A stretch of DNA of 64,000 bases from Bdellovibrionota bacterium (lineage in GTDB: Bacteria; Bdellovibrionota_C; UBA2361; CALJRW01), in assembly GCA_041740355.1 (NCBI GenBank), contig JBGSMD010000039.1, positions 39,223 through 103,222 of the forward strand, in the 5' to 3' direction. Made by a program: the position numbers and the translations under genes. The notes under the pieces are model-generated. The model had not been told where the DNA came from and did not search any database. It worked only from the letters and a program-made list of their open reading frames with translations. The stretch's first letter is position 1. Every line of letters begins with the position of its first letter. Positions 20,959 to 31,863 of this stretch are shown here, one piece after another.

Positions 20959-22362
20959 CTAATAAGCATTTTTATTGATTAGACCCTTAAAAAAGGTCAT
21001 GAGTAAAATCTTAATATCAAAAAATAGCGACCAATTGGTAATGTAGTAGAGATCAAATTCTATCCGCTTATCAATGGAAGTGTTGCCTCTCCAACCATTA
21101 ACTTGTGCCCATCCAGTGATTCCCGCAGGAACTTTATGACGAAGCATATAATTAGGAATCTTATGGCGAAAATCCGAGATATAAACTGGACGTTCCGGCC
21201 TTGGCCCAACTAAGGACATGTCCCCTCGAAAAACGTTAAACAACTGAGGAAATTCATCCAAACTAGTAGAACGTAAAATTTTACCGATCCAAGTTACTCG
21301 ACAATCGTTTTTTGTTGTCCAGCCAGGACCTTCCTGTTCGGCATCAAACGTCATGGTCCTAAATTTATAAATATTGAAGGTCTTGCCATCAAGACTAGCT
21401 CGCTCTTGCTTGTAAAATACGGGACCACGAGAAGAATATTTAACTATAATAGCAATAAGCAAAAATAGCGGAGAAAGTATAAGTAAACCAATAAATGAAG
21501 AAACTAGATCAAAGAATCTTTTTGCTTGAAGATTAATCCCATTTAAAGGTGAATCTTGAATGTTAATAACAGGCAAACCTTCAAACTCTTCAATTGACCC
21601 ACCGACGCTAACAAAGCGATAAATGTCCGGAATAATTTTAATATCCACTAAAGAATCACCAGTTCGTTCTAATATCTCAGTAAGCAAATAATGATCTTCT
21701 AGTGGTAGTGCTATCACGATTTGATCAATTGCTTTCTCTTCCAAGAGGCGATCTAAATCATAGTAAGAACCTAAAACAGGCATCCCCCACGGTCCCTTTT
21801 CCTCAGTCCCAGTTTTAGATATACATCCAATTAATTGAATTCCTAGCTCACGGTGCAACCTAACTCGACTAGCAATATCAGCTGCTACCTGACCAGCACC
21901 TACAATTAACATGTAACGTAAGTTGTAGCCTTTACGGCGAACTTCTCGCAGGAAAAACCTTAAGAATAATCTTTCTGCAATTGAAAAAATTGTTGCTGCG
22001 ACCCCAAAGTAAATAAAAACTAACCTAGAAAAGGCAATTTCCTTTTCTTTTAATAAAAATGTTAGTGCTATTAAAATCAATACTGCAACTAAATTGGCAT
22101 TAATCAACAACAGTATTTCTTTTGTGCGACGAACACCCCGCATCGGCTTATACAGTCCGGTTCGTTTATATACCGTTGCCCAAATTACCCAAATATATAC
22201 CATCATGAATAAATATTCAGTGAAGGATGGTAATCCATAATATACTGGGACCCAGCCACTATGGAAGCGGAGCCAAAAAGCAAAAATCCACGCGATGCTA
22301 ATGACGATCAAATCGGCAATTACATAAAGGATCTCAAAAAATTGTCTTTTTTGCTTAAGCAT
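20959..22362 (-). CDS. polyprenyl-phosphate sugar phosphotransferase (WcaJ/WbaP-like priming enzyme)
   Basis: 467 aa. N-terminal TM helices, then a bacterial sugar transferase domain (KFRTM, DEFPQLFNVFRGDMSLVGPRP). Confidence 0.85.
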   Translation of the reverse strand: MLKQKRQFFEILYVIADLIVISIAWIFAFWLRFHSGWVPVYYGLPSFTEYLFMMVYIWVIWATVYKRTGLYKPMRGVRRTKEILLLINANLVAVLILIALTFLLKEKEIAFSRLVFIYFGVAATIFSIAERLFLRFFLREVRRKGYNLRYMLIVGAGQVAADIASRVRLHRELGIQLIGCISKTGTEEKGPWGMPVLGSYYDLDRLLEEKAIDQIVIALPLEDHYLLTEILERTGDSLVDIKIIPDIYRFVSVGGSIEEFEGLPVINIQDSPLNGINLQAKRFFDLVSSFIGLLILSPLFLLIAIIVKYSSRGPVFYKQERASLDGKTFNIYKFRTMTFDAEQEGPGWTTKNDCRVTWIGKILRSTSLDEFPQLFNVFRGDMSLVGPRPERPVYISDFRHKIPNYMLRHKVPAGITGWAQVNGWRGNTSIDKRIEFDLYYITNWSLFFDIKILLMTFFKGLINKNAY

Positions 22363-22373
22363 TAATAGTGATT

Positions 22374-23528
22374 TTATCGTTTTGTGCTGAGATGTCCAGA
22401 CTCAATTAAAGTTTTAATTAGAGCATACCAACTAGTTCTAAAATGTTCTAAGTCAAACTTTTTGGCTTGTAAGCGACAATCTTCTGCTAGAAATGATTCT
22501 TCCTGGCTAATAAAACATTTAACACCTTCGTTTATTTCATAAACTAGATTTTCATATTTATAACGAAAGAAAACACCTGTGCGCTGTCCACATTGGTCTG
22601 AGATATCTTCCCAATATTTAAGATTTTCTAAACTTTCTCTTAAGGCGCCAGTGTAAGGGGCAATAACTGGTAAACCACAAGCTAAACTTTCCACAGGTAT
22701 TAAACCAAAATCTTCTTTAGCAGCAAAGATTAAAGCTCGTGATTGCTGATAGAGTTCCGCCAATTGCTTGTCACTTACTTTTCCCAGAAATTTGATATTA
22801 GCTTTGCTGATACTTTGCAATTTTTCCCTCTGAGGACCAGTACCAGCAATTACCAAAGGAAGACCGTTCAAATTAAATGCTTCCACAATTTGAGTCACAT
22901 TTTTGTATGGGACCAAAGCACCCGCGTATAAAAAAGATTGATTCCGACGATTCTCATTGCTAAGTTCTGGCTCTAACCAAAAATCTTTAATAGGTGGATA
23001 AATTACAACCGAGGTTCTCTTATAAAAACATCGAATGCGTGCGGCTACAAACCTACTAATTCCAACAAACTGAGTTACTCCTTTGACACAATAGCGATCC
23101 CAAAAACGAAGTGTTAAAAGAATTGGCGCAAAAAAATAGCTAAGCCAGCCAAAGTAATTTAACATTTGATCCCAGGCATAACGCATCGGCGTAAAACAAT
23201 AGCAGACATGACAAGCTGGAGCTTTAACTAAAACATTTTTTGCCACGGCATGGTTTAGTGAAATGACTAAATCATATCCCTCAACTTTTAGATTACGAAC
23301 AGCAAAAGGAAATAATGGTAATAGCCACCGATAAATCAGGGCGATGTACGGAATTTTATTTAAAAATGAAACTTGCTTAACCCGAGCATCAATTTGAGAA
23401 TTTGTAGTCCCAGGAATATGAATTAGAGTAAAAATATCAGCTTCAGGGTAGAGATTAAGAAATTCCTCTAAGCAACGCTCCCCACCTCGCATCCCTGTTA
23501 ACCAATCATGTACTAATGCTACTTTCAT
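22374..23528 (-). CDS. glycosyltransferase family 4
   Basis: VALVHDWLTGMRGGE N-terminus and the EX7E-type motif EDFGLIPVESLACGLPVI. Confidence 0.8.
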   Translation of the reverse strand: MKVALVHDWLTGMRGGERCLEEFLNLYPEADIFTLIHIPGTTNSQIDARVKQVSFLNKIPYIALIYRWLLPLFPFAVRNLKVEGYDLVISLNHAVAKNVLVKAPACHVCYCFTPMRYAWDQMLNYFGWLSYFFAPILLTLRFWDRYCVKGVTQFVGISRFVAARIRCFYKRTSVVIYPPIKDFWLEPELSNENRRNQSFLYAGALVPYKNVTQIVEAFNLNGLPLVIAGTGPQREKLQSISKANIKFLGKVSDKQLAELYQQSRALIFAAKEDFGLIPVESLACGLPVIAPYTGALRESLENLKYWEDISDQCGQRTGVFFRYKYENLVYEINEGVKCFISQEESFLAEDCRLQAKKFDLEHFRTSWYALIKTLIESGHLSTKR

Positions 23529-24630
23529 TACTTAGGATTTTTCTATAATAATCTAGTAATTTATCAGATAAACTTAAAAGATCATAATTACTTAATTCAT
23601 AACTATACTTCTTCCTACTATCCTGCTCATAGAATTTAAGAATTGCCTTTGCTAATGATTCCTGGCTAAAATCCACCGCAACGACATCTCCATTACCAAT
23701 TAATTCTTGAATCGCTGGAATTGGACGAACAATCACTGGTGTGCCTTGGCTATGTGCTTGAAGAACTGGCAAAGAAAACCCTTCCACTAACGAAGGGACT
23801 ACTAAAGCTTCGGCTTGTGCCATTGTGCTTACTAATTCCGCATCAGATAAAGCACCTAAATTAATAATTTGCGGGTAATCCCGTAATATTTTTTGGACAT
23901 GAGGATTTGTAACTTTTTCTAGCTCCTTACCCACTAGTACCAAATAAAAATCCTTAGGGATTTGCTGCTTGAGAATTAACTGACTAAATACTTTTAATAA
24001 ATCAAGACAACCTTTATGAGGTTTTAAATTAGAGAAAAGTGCCATGATAAATTTCTTGGCTTCGATTCGTGGATTTTTAATCGTCGAAACTTCTTTACTG
24101 GACTCCCTGAAATTTTGACTAATTACATTTGGAATAATAGTTAGCTTATTGGCTACAAATTGATGGAAATATTTTTTAATGATTCCGGCAGATGACTTAC
24201 TAACAGTTAAAACTCCAGTAGCCTGCTTAATTGAATTTCCAATAATTAGTTTGGCTATAAGTGGATAATAAAACTTTTCAGGATGAGTGATTTGAATTAG
24301 ATCGTGGATTGTAATCACGCTGGGGATCGGCAAATTACGCGGTATTGTTATGAATGGCGTATGATAAAGATCAAATTCTGTAAAATCTATTCTTTTGGTA
24401 AGATTAAAATACTCGTCTAAGGAAAGTACTTTTGCCAAATCTTCTTTCCAGTCCACCAAATTTAACCAAGAAAAATTTTCAGCTAAGATTTTATTTTTTT
24501 GATGAGGATTAATTAACAAGCAAAGTTTAAATTCAGTGCTTCGCGCAAGTGCTTCGATTAAATTTCGGGTATAAACTCCAATACCACCATCAAATATCTT
24601 ACGAGCATCAAGTATTAGTCGGATCGTCAC
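23506..24630 (-). CDS. glycosyltransferase family 4
   Basis: EGFSLPVLQAHSQGTPVI motif. 23-nt overlap with the downstream GT gene. Confidence 0.75.
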   Translation of the reverse strand: MTIRLILDARKIFDGGIGVYTRNLIEALARSTEFKLCLLINPHQKNKILAENFSWLNLVDWKEDLAKVLSLDEYFNLTKRIDFTEFDLYHTPFITIPRNLPIPSVITIHDLIQITHPEKFYYPLIAKLIIGNSIKQATGVLTVSKSSAGIIKKYFHQFVANKLTIIPNVISQNFRESSKEVSTIKNPRIEAKKFIMALFSNLKPHKGCLDLLKVFSQLILKQQIPKDFYLVLVGKELEKVTNPHVQKILRDYPQIINLGALSDAELVSTMAQAEALVVPSLVEGFSLPVLQAHSQGTPVIVRPIPAIQELIGNGDVVAVDFSQESLAKAILKFYEQDSRKKYSYELSNYDLLSLSDKLLDYYRKILSNESSIST

Positions 24631-24633
24631 TCG

Positions 24634-25644
24634 TTATTTGATTGCAGCCTGTCTTGACCAAGTTGATTCAGCAGTCTGGCTAAGAACACTTTTCTTGCCA
24701 GGCTCAATAAATCTTCGAACTGAATAAATACTTTTATTCTGAGACTCATAATATGTTCGAGCTAATACTTCGGCTAAAAGCCCAAAAACTAGAAATTGCA
24801 GACCAATCAGCACGCACATTACACCTAGTGAGAATAACGGCCGGCCACCCATTGGCACATCAAAAACAAATCTCTGAAAAATTGTCCAAGTGATTGCTAA
24901 CGCACCCAAAAATCCTGCTCCGAGTCCGAGACTACCGAAAAGGTGAATTGGTCGTTTAGCAAAACCTAAGAAAAATTTCACTGTGATTAAATCTAGAATC
25001 ACACGAAGCGTTCTGGAGATTCCATACTTAGAAGTGCCAAATTGTCGAGCACGATGATTTACTGGAACTTCGGCAATCCTTGCTCCCATCTCTACGGCTA
25101 AGGCTGGTATGAAACGATGCATTTCCCCATAAAGCTTAATGCCTTTAGCAATTTCTGAAGTCATTGCTTTAAGACTACAACCATAATCATGCAACTGCAC
25201 ATTTGTTAATTTTGATATTATGTAATTAGCAATCTTACTTGGCAACTTGCGGCTAAGCCATTTATCTTGACGGTGCTTTCTCCAACCAGCAACTAAGTCA
25301 TAACCACCTTCTAATAATTTGTTTACTACAATTGGAATTCCAGAAGGATCGTTTTGAAGATCACCATCCATTGTTACAACAACATCATACTGAGAATGTT
25401 CTAAACCAGCTGCCATCGCCGCTGTTTGTCCAAAATTACGACGAAATTCAATAATTCTAACATTGGCATCCGCTCCCACAGCTTTTAGAAGATTTTTAAT
25501 TGTTTGATCTCGAGATCCATCATCAACAAAAATTAGCTCATAATCACAATCCATTGAGCTCATAACCTGACTTAGCTCTTGATAAAGGGGCTGAACATTT
25601 AATTCTTCGTTATATAGTGGAACGACGACTGAAACTCCTCGCAT
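24634..25644 (-). CDS. GT2 polyprenyl-phosphate glycosyltransferase (GtrB/ArnC/DPM1-like)
   Basis: VVVPLYNEE, DDGSRD and DGDLQNDP motifs plus two C-terminal TM helices. Confidence 0.8.
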   Translation of the reverse strand: MRGVSVVVPLYNEELNVQPLYQELSQVMSSMDCDYELIFVDDGSRDQTIKNLLKAVGADANVRIIEFRRNFGQTAAMAAGLEHSQYDVVVTMDGDLQNDPSGIPIVVNKLLEGGYDLVAGWRKHRQDKWLSRKLPSKIANYIISKLTNVQLHDYGCSLKAMTSEIAKGIKLYGEMHRFIPALAVEMGARIAEVPVNHRARQFGTSKYGISRTLRVILDLITVKFFLGFAKRPIHLFGSLGLGAGFLGALAITWTIFQRFVFDVPMGGRPLFSLGVMCVLIGLQFLVFGLLAEVLARTYYESQNKSIYSVRRFIEPGKKSVLSQTAESTWSRQAAIK

Positions 25645-25783
25645 CGGTTATTCTCCGTAAATGGTAGTAAAATCAATAGTGATTATTATAATTTCAGTAA
25701 GAATGTATCATAAAAAGTCACTTAAACCAAATATAGTAAGTAGTTCTAGCTATCTAAACCCTAAGATACATAGAATACCATGA

Positions 25784-26098
25784 TTATTTAAAGAGCTCCG
25801 CCAATTGCTGGAGTGCTGTGTTTAATGTTTGAATTTTACCATCATCCGATGCCAAATCTTCAAGATCTTTCTTCCACGCCTCCCCCGCTGCCTTAATTAG
25901 TGAGACCTGTGCTTTTGAAATCCGAGCTTCCTCTGATGAATTAGGACCACATAAATCTAATAGTGGTAAAAACTCCCCCACCGGTTTTGATTCCCGACTT
26001 AATTCTCCCATCTGAAAACGAACCGAATGATAAAGGGCACTCTTTGACCTTGGATCAACTTTAAAATATCGTGTATCTTGTAATGTTGGTTCTGCCAT
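25784..26098 (-). CDS. hypothetical protein
   Basis: 104-aa ORF in the operon orientation. No recognisable motif. Confidence 0.4.
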   Translation of the reverse strand: MAEPTLQDTRYFKVDPRSKSALYHSVRFQMGELSRESKPVGEFLPLLDLCGPNSSEEARISKAQVSLIKAAGEAWKKDLEDLASDDGKIQTLNTALQQLAELFK

Positions 26099-26131
26099 AA
26101 AATTACTGCTAAATAAAAACTTATTATAATC

Positions 26132-27259
26132 CTAGTAAAGTCGAGTATTCACAATCTGACTAAACAATTCCTGATACTGGTTAGCAATTACTTCCCAAGA
26201 AAAGTTCTGTTCCGCAAGTGATTTTGCTTTTTTACTTAAATCACTGCGTTTATCAGGAGAATCCAAGAGCTCCTGCATTTTGTAACTTAAATCCTGGAAG
26301 TCATTAAAAGCATAATAAATACCGACATCTTCTAATACTTCTCGGTGCTCCGGAACATCATTAGCGATCACAGCGTTGCCGTAGGCCATTGACTCAACTA
26401 GTGCGGGATGAGTTCCTCCAACTTCTGTTGCCTGGATGTAGATCAGACAATTAGTGCGTAGTTCACGGTAGGCTTCTCTAAACTGAAAACCTGTAAATAT
26501 CACTTTAGAATTAGCAACAGCTTTTAAATTTTCAATGTACTCTTTGGAGTAAGGAGCATCGCCCACAATTACTAAGGGGATTTCTGTTTCTAATTTGTTA
26601 TAGGCTTGAATCACCCCAAGGGCGTTATTTTCCGGCTCTAATCGACTAACATAAAGAATATATTTCTTTTCTTCTAAACAAAAATCTTGCAAAACTTTGC
26701 CGGAGTTAATTGGCTCTGGCTTACAACCATAACGAATTATATCAGTACGCAAATGATAATTATCTTCGTAATATTTAGCGATGATCTCCGCATCCGAGAT
26801 TATTCGATCGGCAAACCACACGGACGTTTTTTCTCCCAGCAAATACCACAATTTACCTAGGGCATTCCACTTTGCTCGACGTCGCTCAATCCCATCAACA
26901 TTAATGGCAATTGGATAATTATTTAGTTTTAAAATCCAAGAGAATGGACTGTTAGCGGCGTTACAAATTAAGACTACATCAAAATCTCGCTTTAAGGCAT
27001 CAAGATAAGCGGTGATCGAACTAAGCGGCGTTTCTAGATATTTTTGATAAATAGTGCTTGTTGCAATTCGTTTGATACCTTGATAATCAGAATTATCAGG
27101 CTTTTCCCCAAATTTTTTGCGACCATAAACCGTAACTTCATGCCCCAACTTTAAGAATTGTTTGGAAATTTCTTCGGCGAAGGTCTCAAATCCACCATAA
27201 TTAGCGGGGAGTCCCCTCGTACCTAAAATAGCAATTTTTAAAATTGGATAATTTACCAT
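26132..27259 (-). CDS. glycosyltransferase family 4 with DUF1972-type N-terminus
   Basis: ILGTRGLPANYGGFETFAEEI N-terminal signature and a C-terminal GT1/GT4 domain. Confidence 0.75.
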   Translation of the reverse strand: MVNYPILKIAILGTRGLPANYGGFETFAEEISKQFLKLGHEVTVYGRKKFGEKPDNSDYQGIKRIATSTIYQKYLETPLSSITAYLDALKRDFDVVLICNAANSPFSWILKLNNYPIAINVDGIERRRAKWNALGKLWYLLGEKTSVWFADRIISDAEIIAKYYEDNYHLRTDIIRYGCKPEPINSGKVLQDFCLEEKKYILYVSRLEPENNALGVIQAYNKLETEIPLVIVGDAPYSKEYIENLKAVANSKVIFTGFQFREAYRELRTNCLIYIQATEVGGTHPALVESMAYGNAVIANDVPEHREVLEDVGIYYAFNDFQDLSYKMQELLDSPDKRSDLSKKAKSLAEQNFSWEVIANQYQELFSQIVNTRLY

Positions 27260-27477
27260 TATGCTTAGATGTAATATACTTGCTTAGCCATTGTAAGTTA
27301 GACACTTTAACTTACTAATAAATGGTAGTAAATTCAGAAGCTTAACCAAATAAACTGACTAATACGGGGTTCCCAAATTAACAATAATATATTGTAACCT
27401 ATGTTTAGTTTAGATCATCTTAATTTTAAAGCCAAAATGCCACTAAGCAAGTTTTTATCTAGTTATCAACAAAGTTA

Positions 27478-29850
27478 ATGATACATTATTTTGAAATTTT
27501 ATTTTTAGAATTTTGTAGCGGGTATTTTAGCACAAGCTTTATTCTTGGACTTCCAATCCTCTTGTTGGCTTGCGGATTTATTATTCTGCAATTTTTCAAA
27601 CAAGAAAAGGCTATCTTTCCCGGCATCATCGCCTTAGTTTTATTCGCCTTCGAATTCTTTCATATCTTTCGATCAGAAGAAACTGTCACACAAATTGCTA
27701 ATTATATTAATGAGCTTAATACCCCTGCAGCATACGTTCAACCTTTTCCTGTCGCAATTAACTGGCTTTTCGAACCGATTTTTTCGCTCCTTGTTGCTCC
27801 CTACGAGCTTCGTCGTTTTCACCAAGAGCTAATTTTTGTCTTTTTTGGAACATATCTTGCCAGCTTGGCTATCATTAGCTTCAAAGAATATAAAAGGACT
27901 GGTGTAGTCTGGGGTGATATGTCGTTTGCAGCATTAGCCCAGTTTAAGGACAGCGATCGTCCTGTAAGATCGGACTTTAATGAATTAGGTTCTGGTGATT
28001 TGGCTCGTGCTGAAGAAATTAATCGGTGGATGAAACCATCTGGTAAACCTAATGATACAGTCTTACATGTTACTGACATTCGTGGTTCTACCGGGGTCAT
28101 CCATAAAGAGGCAAAACTTTATATTCCCGGTGGCGAGCGAAATCGTCACATGTTAGCAATTGCTAAAACTGGGGGTGGTAAAACTACCAAACTGATTCTT
28201 CCAATTCTATTCAATGATTGCATGGATAACTCACGCAGTACAATCGTGATCGACTCCAAACCCGAGATGTGGGGTAAACTTGCTAACTTAGTTAAGAAAA
28301 ATAATCCTCATAAAAAAATAATTTTATTTAATCCCCTAGATCGTGCCAGAAGTCTAAGTTGGAATATCTTAGCAAAAATTGAGACTGATACTGATGCCAA
28401 ACTAATTGCTAACACGGTTATCATGGCGACTGATAATCCCCAATCTAAATCTGATAGCCCATTCTTTAGAAATAATGCTCTTTCACTTTTAAACTCAATT
28501 TTTGTTGGATTACTAAACGACGATAATGACATTTTATCCATGCCCCGAGTTCACCAACTAGTTCAATCTGGAATGAGAGGACTTTGTGATTGGTTAGAAG
28601 CACATCCTGAATCAATTCGTACTGCTCGTTCTTTTGTCGATCTTGCTCGTTCCGGTTCTCAGAATGCTGATACAATTATGTCAGAACTTTCCATGAGAAT
28701 TAATGCTTGGGATTTATCAGACATTCGTGCCACTACAGCTTTTAATGAAATTGATCTTCGTTGTTTAATTGAAGAACCAACTTTATTTATTGTGGAACTA
28801 CGTGAGTCTGAGTTAGAGATGTTACGACCACTAGCTAACGTTATTGTAATTGAGTTACTTCGATATTTAACAAAATGTGCCGAGTCCTTTCCAGGAAACA
28901 GACTTCCAATTCCAGTTGGATTTGTAATCGATGAGTTTGCTTCCGCACTGGGCCGATTGCCAGACATTCACGTCAAACTTAATACACTCCGCTCTCGTAA
29001 CGTAAGTATCGTAGCTGCGATTCAATCGATTACTCAGGTTAAAGCTAATTATGGTGATGATTCGGATTCCGTTTTAGCTGGTTTCAGTACTAAGATTTGC
29101 ATGCCCAACTTGGACATCCAAGATGCCGAATGGGCCTCTAAGGAAAGCGGACAGATGACTATTCGTTTCCAAACAGTATCTACAGGTAGCAACCGAAAGA
29201 TCGTAGAAATGTTTGCCAGCAAAAACACCGGCTCTCAAGAACAAGTACAACAACGTGCAGTTTTAACTCCTGACGAAATTGGGCGACCACTTGATGGAAG
29301 AAACACTTTCTTCTTACCAGATACTCAACCATTCCAAGGTTTCCTTGTTCCTTTTTATAAAATCCCCCATATGCTTCGGGAGATTGAGTTGTCTGAAAAA
29401 GGACCAAAATGGCAACTGCGAGAATCTCCAATAGAATATTCTGAAAATGACGTTAAGAAAGAAATTACCGGCGGAGCTTCCGGAGGTGGAGGATCAACTC
29501 CTGCTGCAACAGCGGCATATAATGGCTTACCACCTGGAATTACCGATACTCGGGGCATGTCAGATGCGGATGTACTTGCTAAAATCGATGGTTGCCGTAA
29601 AGGTCTGGACTGGGAAAATACTACTGGAAGCGCCAGAAAATGGTGGCAAACTTTTGAGGATGAAAACAAACATCGCCCAGCTCTTGTCCTACGACTTGCT
29701 GAAGAACTTGTAACTAGAAACGCTACAATAAGTGAATTCTTCTTATCCTATGTTTACAGTAACACTGATAACATTCAAGCCAATCTTCATTACCTAGATT
29801 ACAGCCGGCTAAAGAAAGAAGAAGAGAAGAAAAAACAAGAAGCAGCTTAA
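27478..29850 (+). CDS. VirD4/TraG/TraD-family type IV coupling protein-like ATPase with long C-terminal extension
   Basis: 790 aa. Several N-terminal TM helices, Walker A AKTGGGKTTK, VIDSKPEMW, and Walker B GFVIDEFAS. Gly-rich linker GGASGGGGS, then about 150 extra residues ending KKEEEKKKQEAA. Confidence 0.8.
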   Translation: MIHYFEILFLEFCSGYFSTSFILGLPILLLACGFIILQFFKQEKAIFPGIIALVLFAFEFFHIFRSEETVTQIANYINELNTPAAYVQPFPVAINWLFEPIFSLLVAPYELRRFHQELIFVFFGTYLASLAIISFKEYKRTGVVWGDMSFAALAQFKDSDRPVRSDFNELGSGDLARAEEINRWMKPSGKPNDTVLHVTDIRGSTGVIHKEAKLYIPGGERNRHMLAIAKTGGGKTTKLILPILFNDCMDNSRSTIVIDSKPEMWGKLANLVKKNNPHKKIILFNPLDRARSLSWNILAKIETDTDAKLIANTVIMATDNPQSKSDSPFFRNNALSLLNSIFVGLLNDDNDILSMPRVHQLVQSGMRGLCDWLEAHPESIRTARSFVDLARSGSQNADTIMSELSMRINAWDLSDIRATTAFNEIDLRCLIEEPTLFIVELRESELEMLRPLANVIVIELLRYLTKCAESFPGNRLPIPVGFVIDEFASALGRLPDIHVKLNTLRSRNVSIVAAIQSITQVKANYGDDSDSVLAGFSTKICMPNLDIQDAEWASKESGQMTIRFQTVSTGSNRKIVEMFASKNTGSQEQVQQRAVLTPDEIGRPLDGRNTFFLPDTQPFQGFLVPFYKIPHMLREIELSEKGPKWQLRESPIEYSENDVKKEITGGASGGGGSTPAATAAYNGLPPGITDTRGMSDADVLAKIDGCRKGLDWENTTGSARKWWQTFEDENKHRPALVLRLAEELVTRNATISEFFLSYVYSNTDNIQANLHYLDYSRLKKEEEKKKQEAA

Positions 29851-29974
29851 TTTCCAGCTCATAAATCAAGAATCAAATTAGCACCAATATTAATGTTTTT
29901 CTAAGCAAAAAAAGTATTAAGTTATTCTACTAACAACACGAAATAACTATAATTATATCTGTTCCACGAACTCT

Positions 29975-30865
29975 ATGCATCCTGATCCTCAATATCTTCA
30001 AACTTTAAGCAAATCAGAAGTGATTAGTCTGGCAAACAGATGTGGACAAGAGACTACACAACTGGAAATCTTCCTTGAAAAAAGAGTTAATCGTCATAGT
30101 ATTATAGATTTGAGTTTTAATGTGGCAAACATTTTACTCAGAACTTTAATCATTGGCCTTGATAAAGAAATTCTACCGATTGCCCATGTACCACAAATTA
30201 CAAATCAAATTTTTGAAGCTATTAGTAGTGAAAATTTATCATTAACCTTTTGGAATGATTTATCAAAAAAACAACAAGATGATTTTCATGCCCTACAAAA
30301 AGAAGCGCTGGAGAAAATTAACAAACATAATGATGGAAGTGTCAGCGCAACTGAATTAAAAAAAATAGAAGATACAACTGCATATAATTTACGCTACTTT
30401 AAATTACGGTACATAGATCTTTCGTCAGAAGAAATATTAGGACTTTTTACCCTAGCGAATCGGCCTGCTCAGGAAAGAAATTCTGTTCATTCACTTTTAA
30501 TATTAAAAGACAATCCAGAAGAAGCAATAATTTCTCCACGAGAGTTGGGCATTGCCGCACATACTCTACTTTTTCGTGCTGATCGGCGACTCAATTCTCA
30601 TCGACATGATTCGATCTCTTGCCATCAAGCATTACAGTTAATTGAATTAGCCTTAAATGCATTTGCTTTTTTGGGGAAAGAATCAAATTTGAAGAATGTG
30701 GATTTTGGAAATCCCGAGACCGCTTTAGCAATTAAAACTTGGGCAATAAAACAAGGAATCTTGGATCCAATTGAATCCGTTGGAAAAAAATTAACCACAA
30801 CTCAAGATAAATCTGACTTTGCTTCACTACGAAGCTTTTATCAAAAAATTTTTAGCGCTTTATAA
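29975..30865 (+). CDS. hypothetical protein (helical, no signal peptide)
   Basis: 296-aa ORF, 124 bp downstream of and co-directional with the coupling protein gene. Confidence 0.5.
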   Translation: MHPDPQYLQTLSKSEVISLANRCGQETTQLEIFLEKRVNRHSIIDLSFNVANILLRTLIIGLDKEILPIAHVPQITNQIFEAISSENLSLTFWNDLSKKQQDDFHALQKEALEKINKHNDGSVSATELKKIEDTTAYNLRYFKLRYIDLSSEEILGLFTLANRPAQERNSVHSLLILKDNPEEAIISPRELGIAAHTLLFRADRRLNSHRHDSISCHQALQLIELALNAFAFLGKESNLKNVDFGNPETALAIKTWAIKQGILDPIESVGKKLTTTQDKSDFASLRSFYQKIFSAL

Positions 30866-30877
30866 AGACGGATAAAA

Positions 30878-31720
30878 TTAGAATTTATAATCGATCTGAT
30901 TACTAGCAACTGTCACACCAGTTTCATTTCTGGGCGTAAAGGATTTCAGCTCGGTATTAACACTACCAACAAATACTTCACTGGAAATTCTTAAAATTTC
31001 ACGTTTAGCATCAGCAGTCACATAAATGTTTGCTTGTCTAAGTTTTTTAGATTCCTCATTTGAACTAATTTTCTTAACTTTTGGCTGAATAACCCATACA
31101 TCTTTTTGAACACCATTAACTCTCATCTTCACCATTTCTTTACTTGTAAAAGAAATTAGATAACGACTTTTACCATTAAAAGTATCAAAGTATCTTGTAG
31201 TTCCAGGCGACCAATCAAGACTTCTAGCAAAAAATGCCGCCGAAAACGGTTCCAACATCATATTGTTAGGGTCAAAATCATAATCAATATCAGCCCTATT
31301 AGTGTCAGTATAATTTGATACTACTCGATCAGGGCTCTCAAAGCTGATATTTGCTACCTTATGTCTGGAATTCTCATAAGAATCGATTGTTGTTTGAATT
31401 GGACGATAATCAACTCCGGAGAGTAATCCATAAGCATGATACTTTAATTTGTAAAAAATACTGATCGCTGAATTAGTTTTAACATTAGTGGAAAGCTTGT
31501 AATTAACTCCTTCCTTATCAACATCAACTAAGACTGTAGCTGCTGGGATCCCTGCCCAACTGACCGAAAATTCATAAGTTCCAAGCTCTGGCTTAAATTC
31601 AGTGAACTCCGGCTGATAACTTGGAGTAGATACAATCAGTTTATCGAGCTCAACGACTTCTGCCTGAACACCAAGCGATAAACCAAATGATAAGAATGTT
31701 GTGAGAAGTAGTTTTTTCAT
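30878..31720 (-). CDS. secreted DUF3108-like protein
   Basis: The likely start is MKKLLLTTFLSFGLSLGVQAEV (ATG at 31720); the ORF-track start at 31786 adds 22 residues before the signal peptide. The SWAGIPAATV segment resembles DUF3108. Confidence 0.55.
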   Translation of the reverse strand: MKKLLLTTFLSFGLSLGVQAEVVELDKLIVSTPSYQPEFTEFKPELGTYEFSVSWAGIPAATVLVDVDKEGVNYKLSTNVKTNSAISIFYKLKYHAYGLLSGVDYRPIQTTIDSYENSRHKVANISFESPDRVVSNYTDTNRADIDYDFDPNNMMLEPFSAAFFARSLDWSPGTTRYFDTFNGKSRYLISFTSKEMVKMRVNGVQKDVWVIQPKVKKISSNEESKKLRQANIYVTADAKREILRISSEVFVGSVNTELKSFTPRNETGVTVASNQIDYKF

Positions 31721-31863
31721 ATTTAAGTTTTGATTTGTCATAATACTATTACACAGCACCCCTTTTAACCAGAGTAGACTTGCCAAAGAACCGCAGCTAT
31801 TCTACCATTTTACAGTTACTAAACAACAACTGCCCATCTAAGCATCTAAATTTACTAAGGATT

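Noticed and set aside
17831-25644. Reading ugd + UXS-like decarboxylase + ArnC-like GT2 as a lipid A aminoarabinose (Arn) pathway.
   Set aside because: No ArnB aminotransferase, ArnA formyltransferase domain, ArnD or ArnT is present. The decarboxylase has UXS-type motifs, and the GT2 sits within an ordinary polysaccharide glycosyltransferase run.
27819-29713. Cluster of 69-104-aa ORFs antisense or out of frame within the coupling protein gene. Similar nested ORFs lie inside manC, rfbD, lptD, gnd, lepA, ugd, hsdM, aroC and the pheA fusion.
   Set aside because: They are fully embedded in long ORFs with clear family motifs, have no motifs of their own, and are typical six-frame noise.
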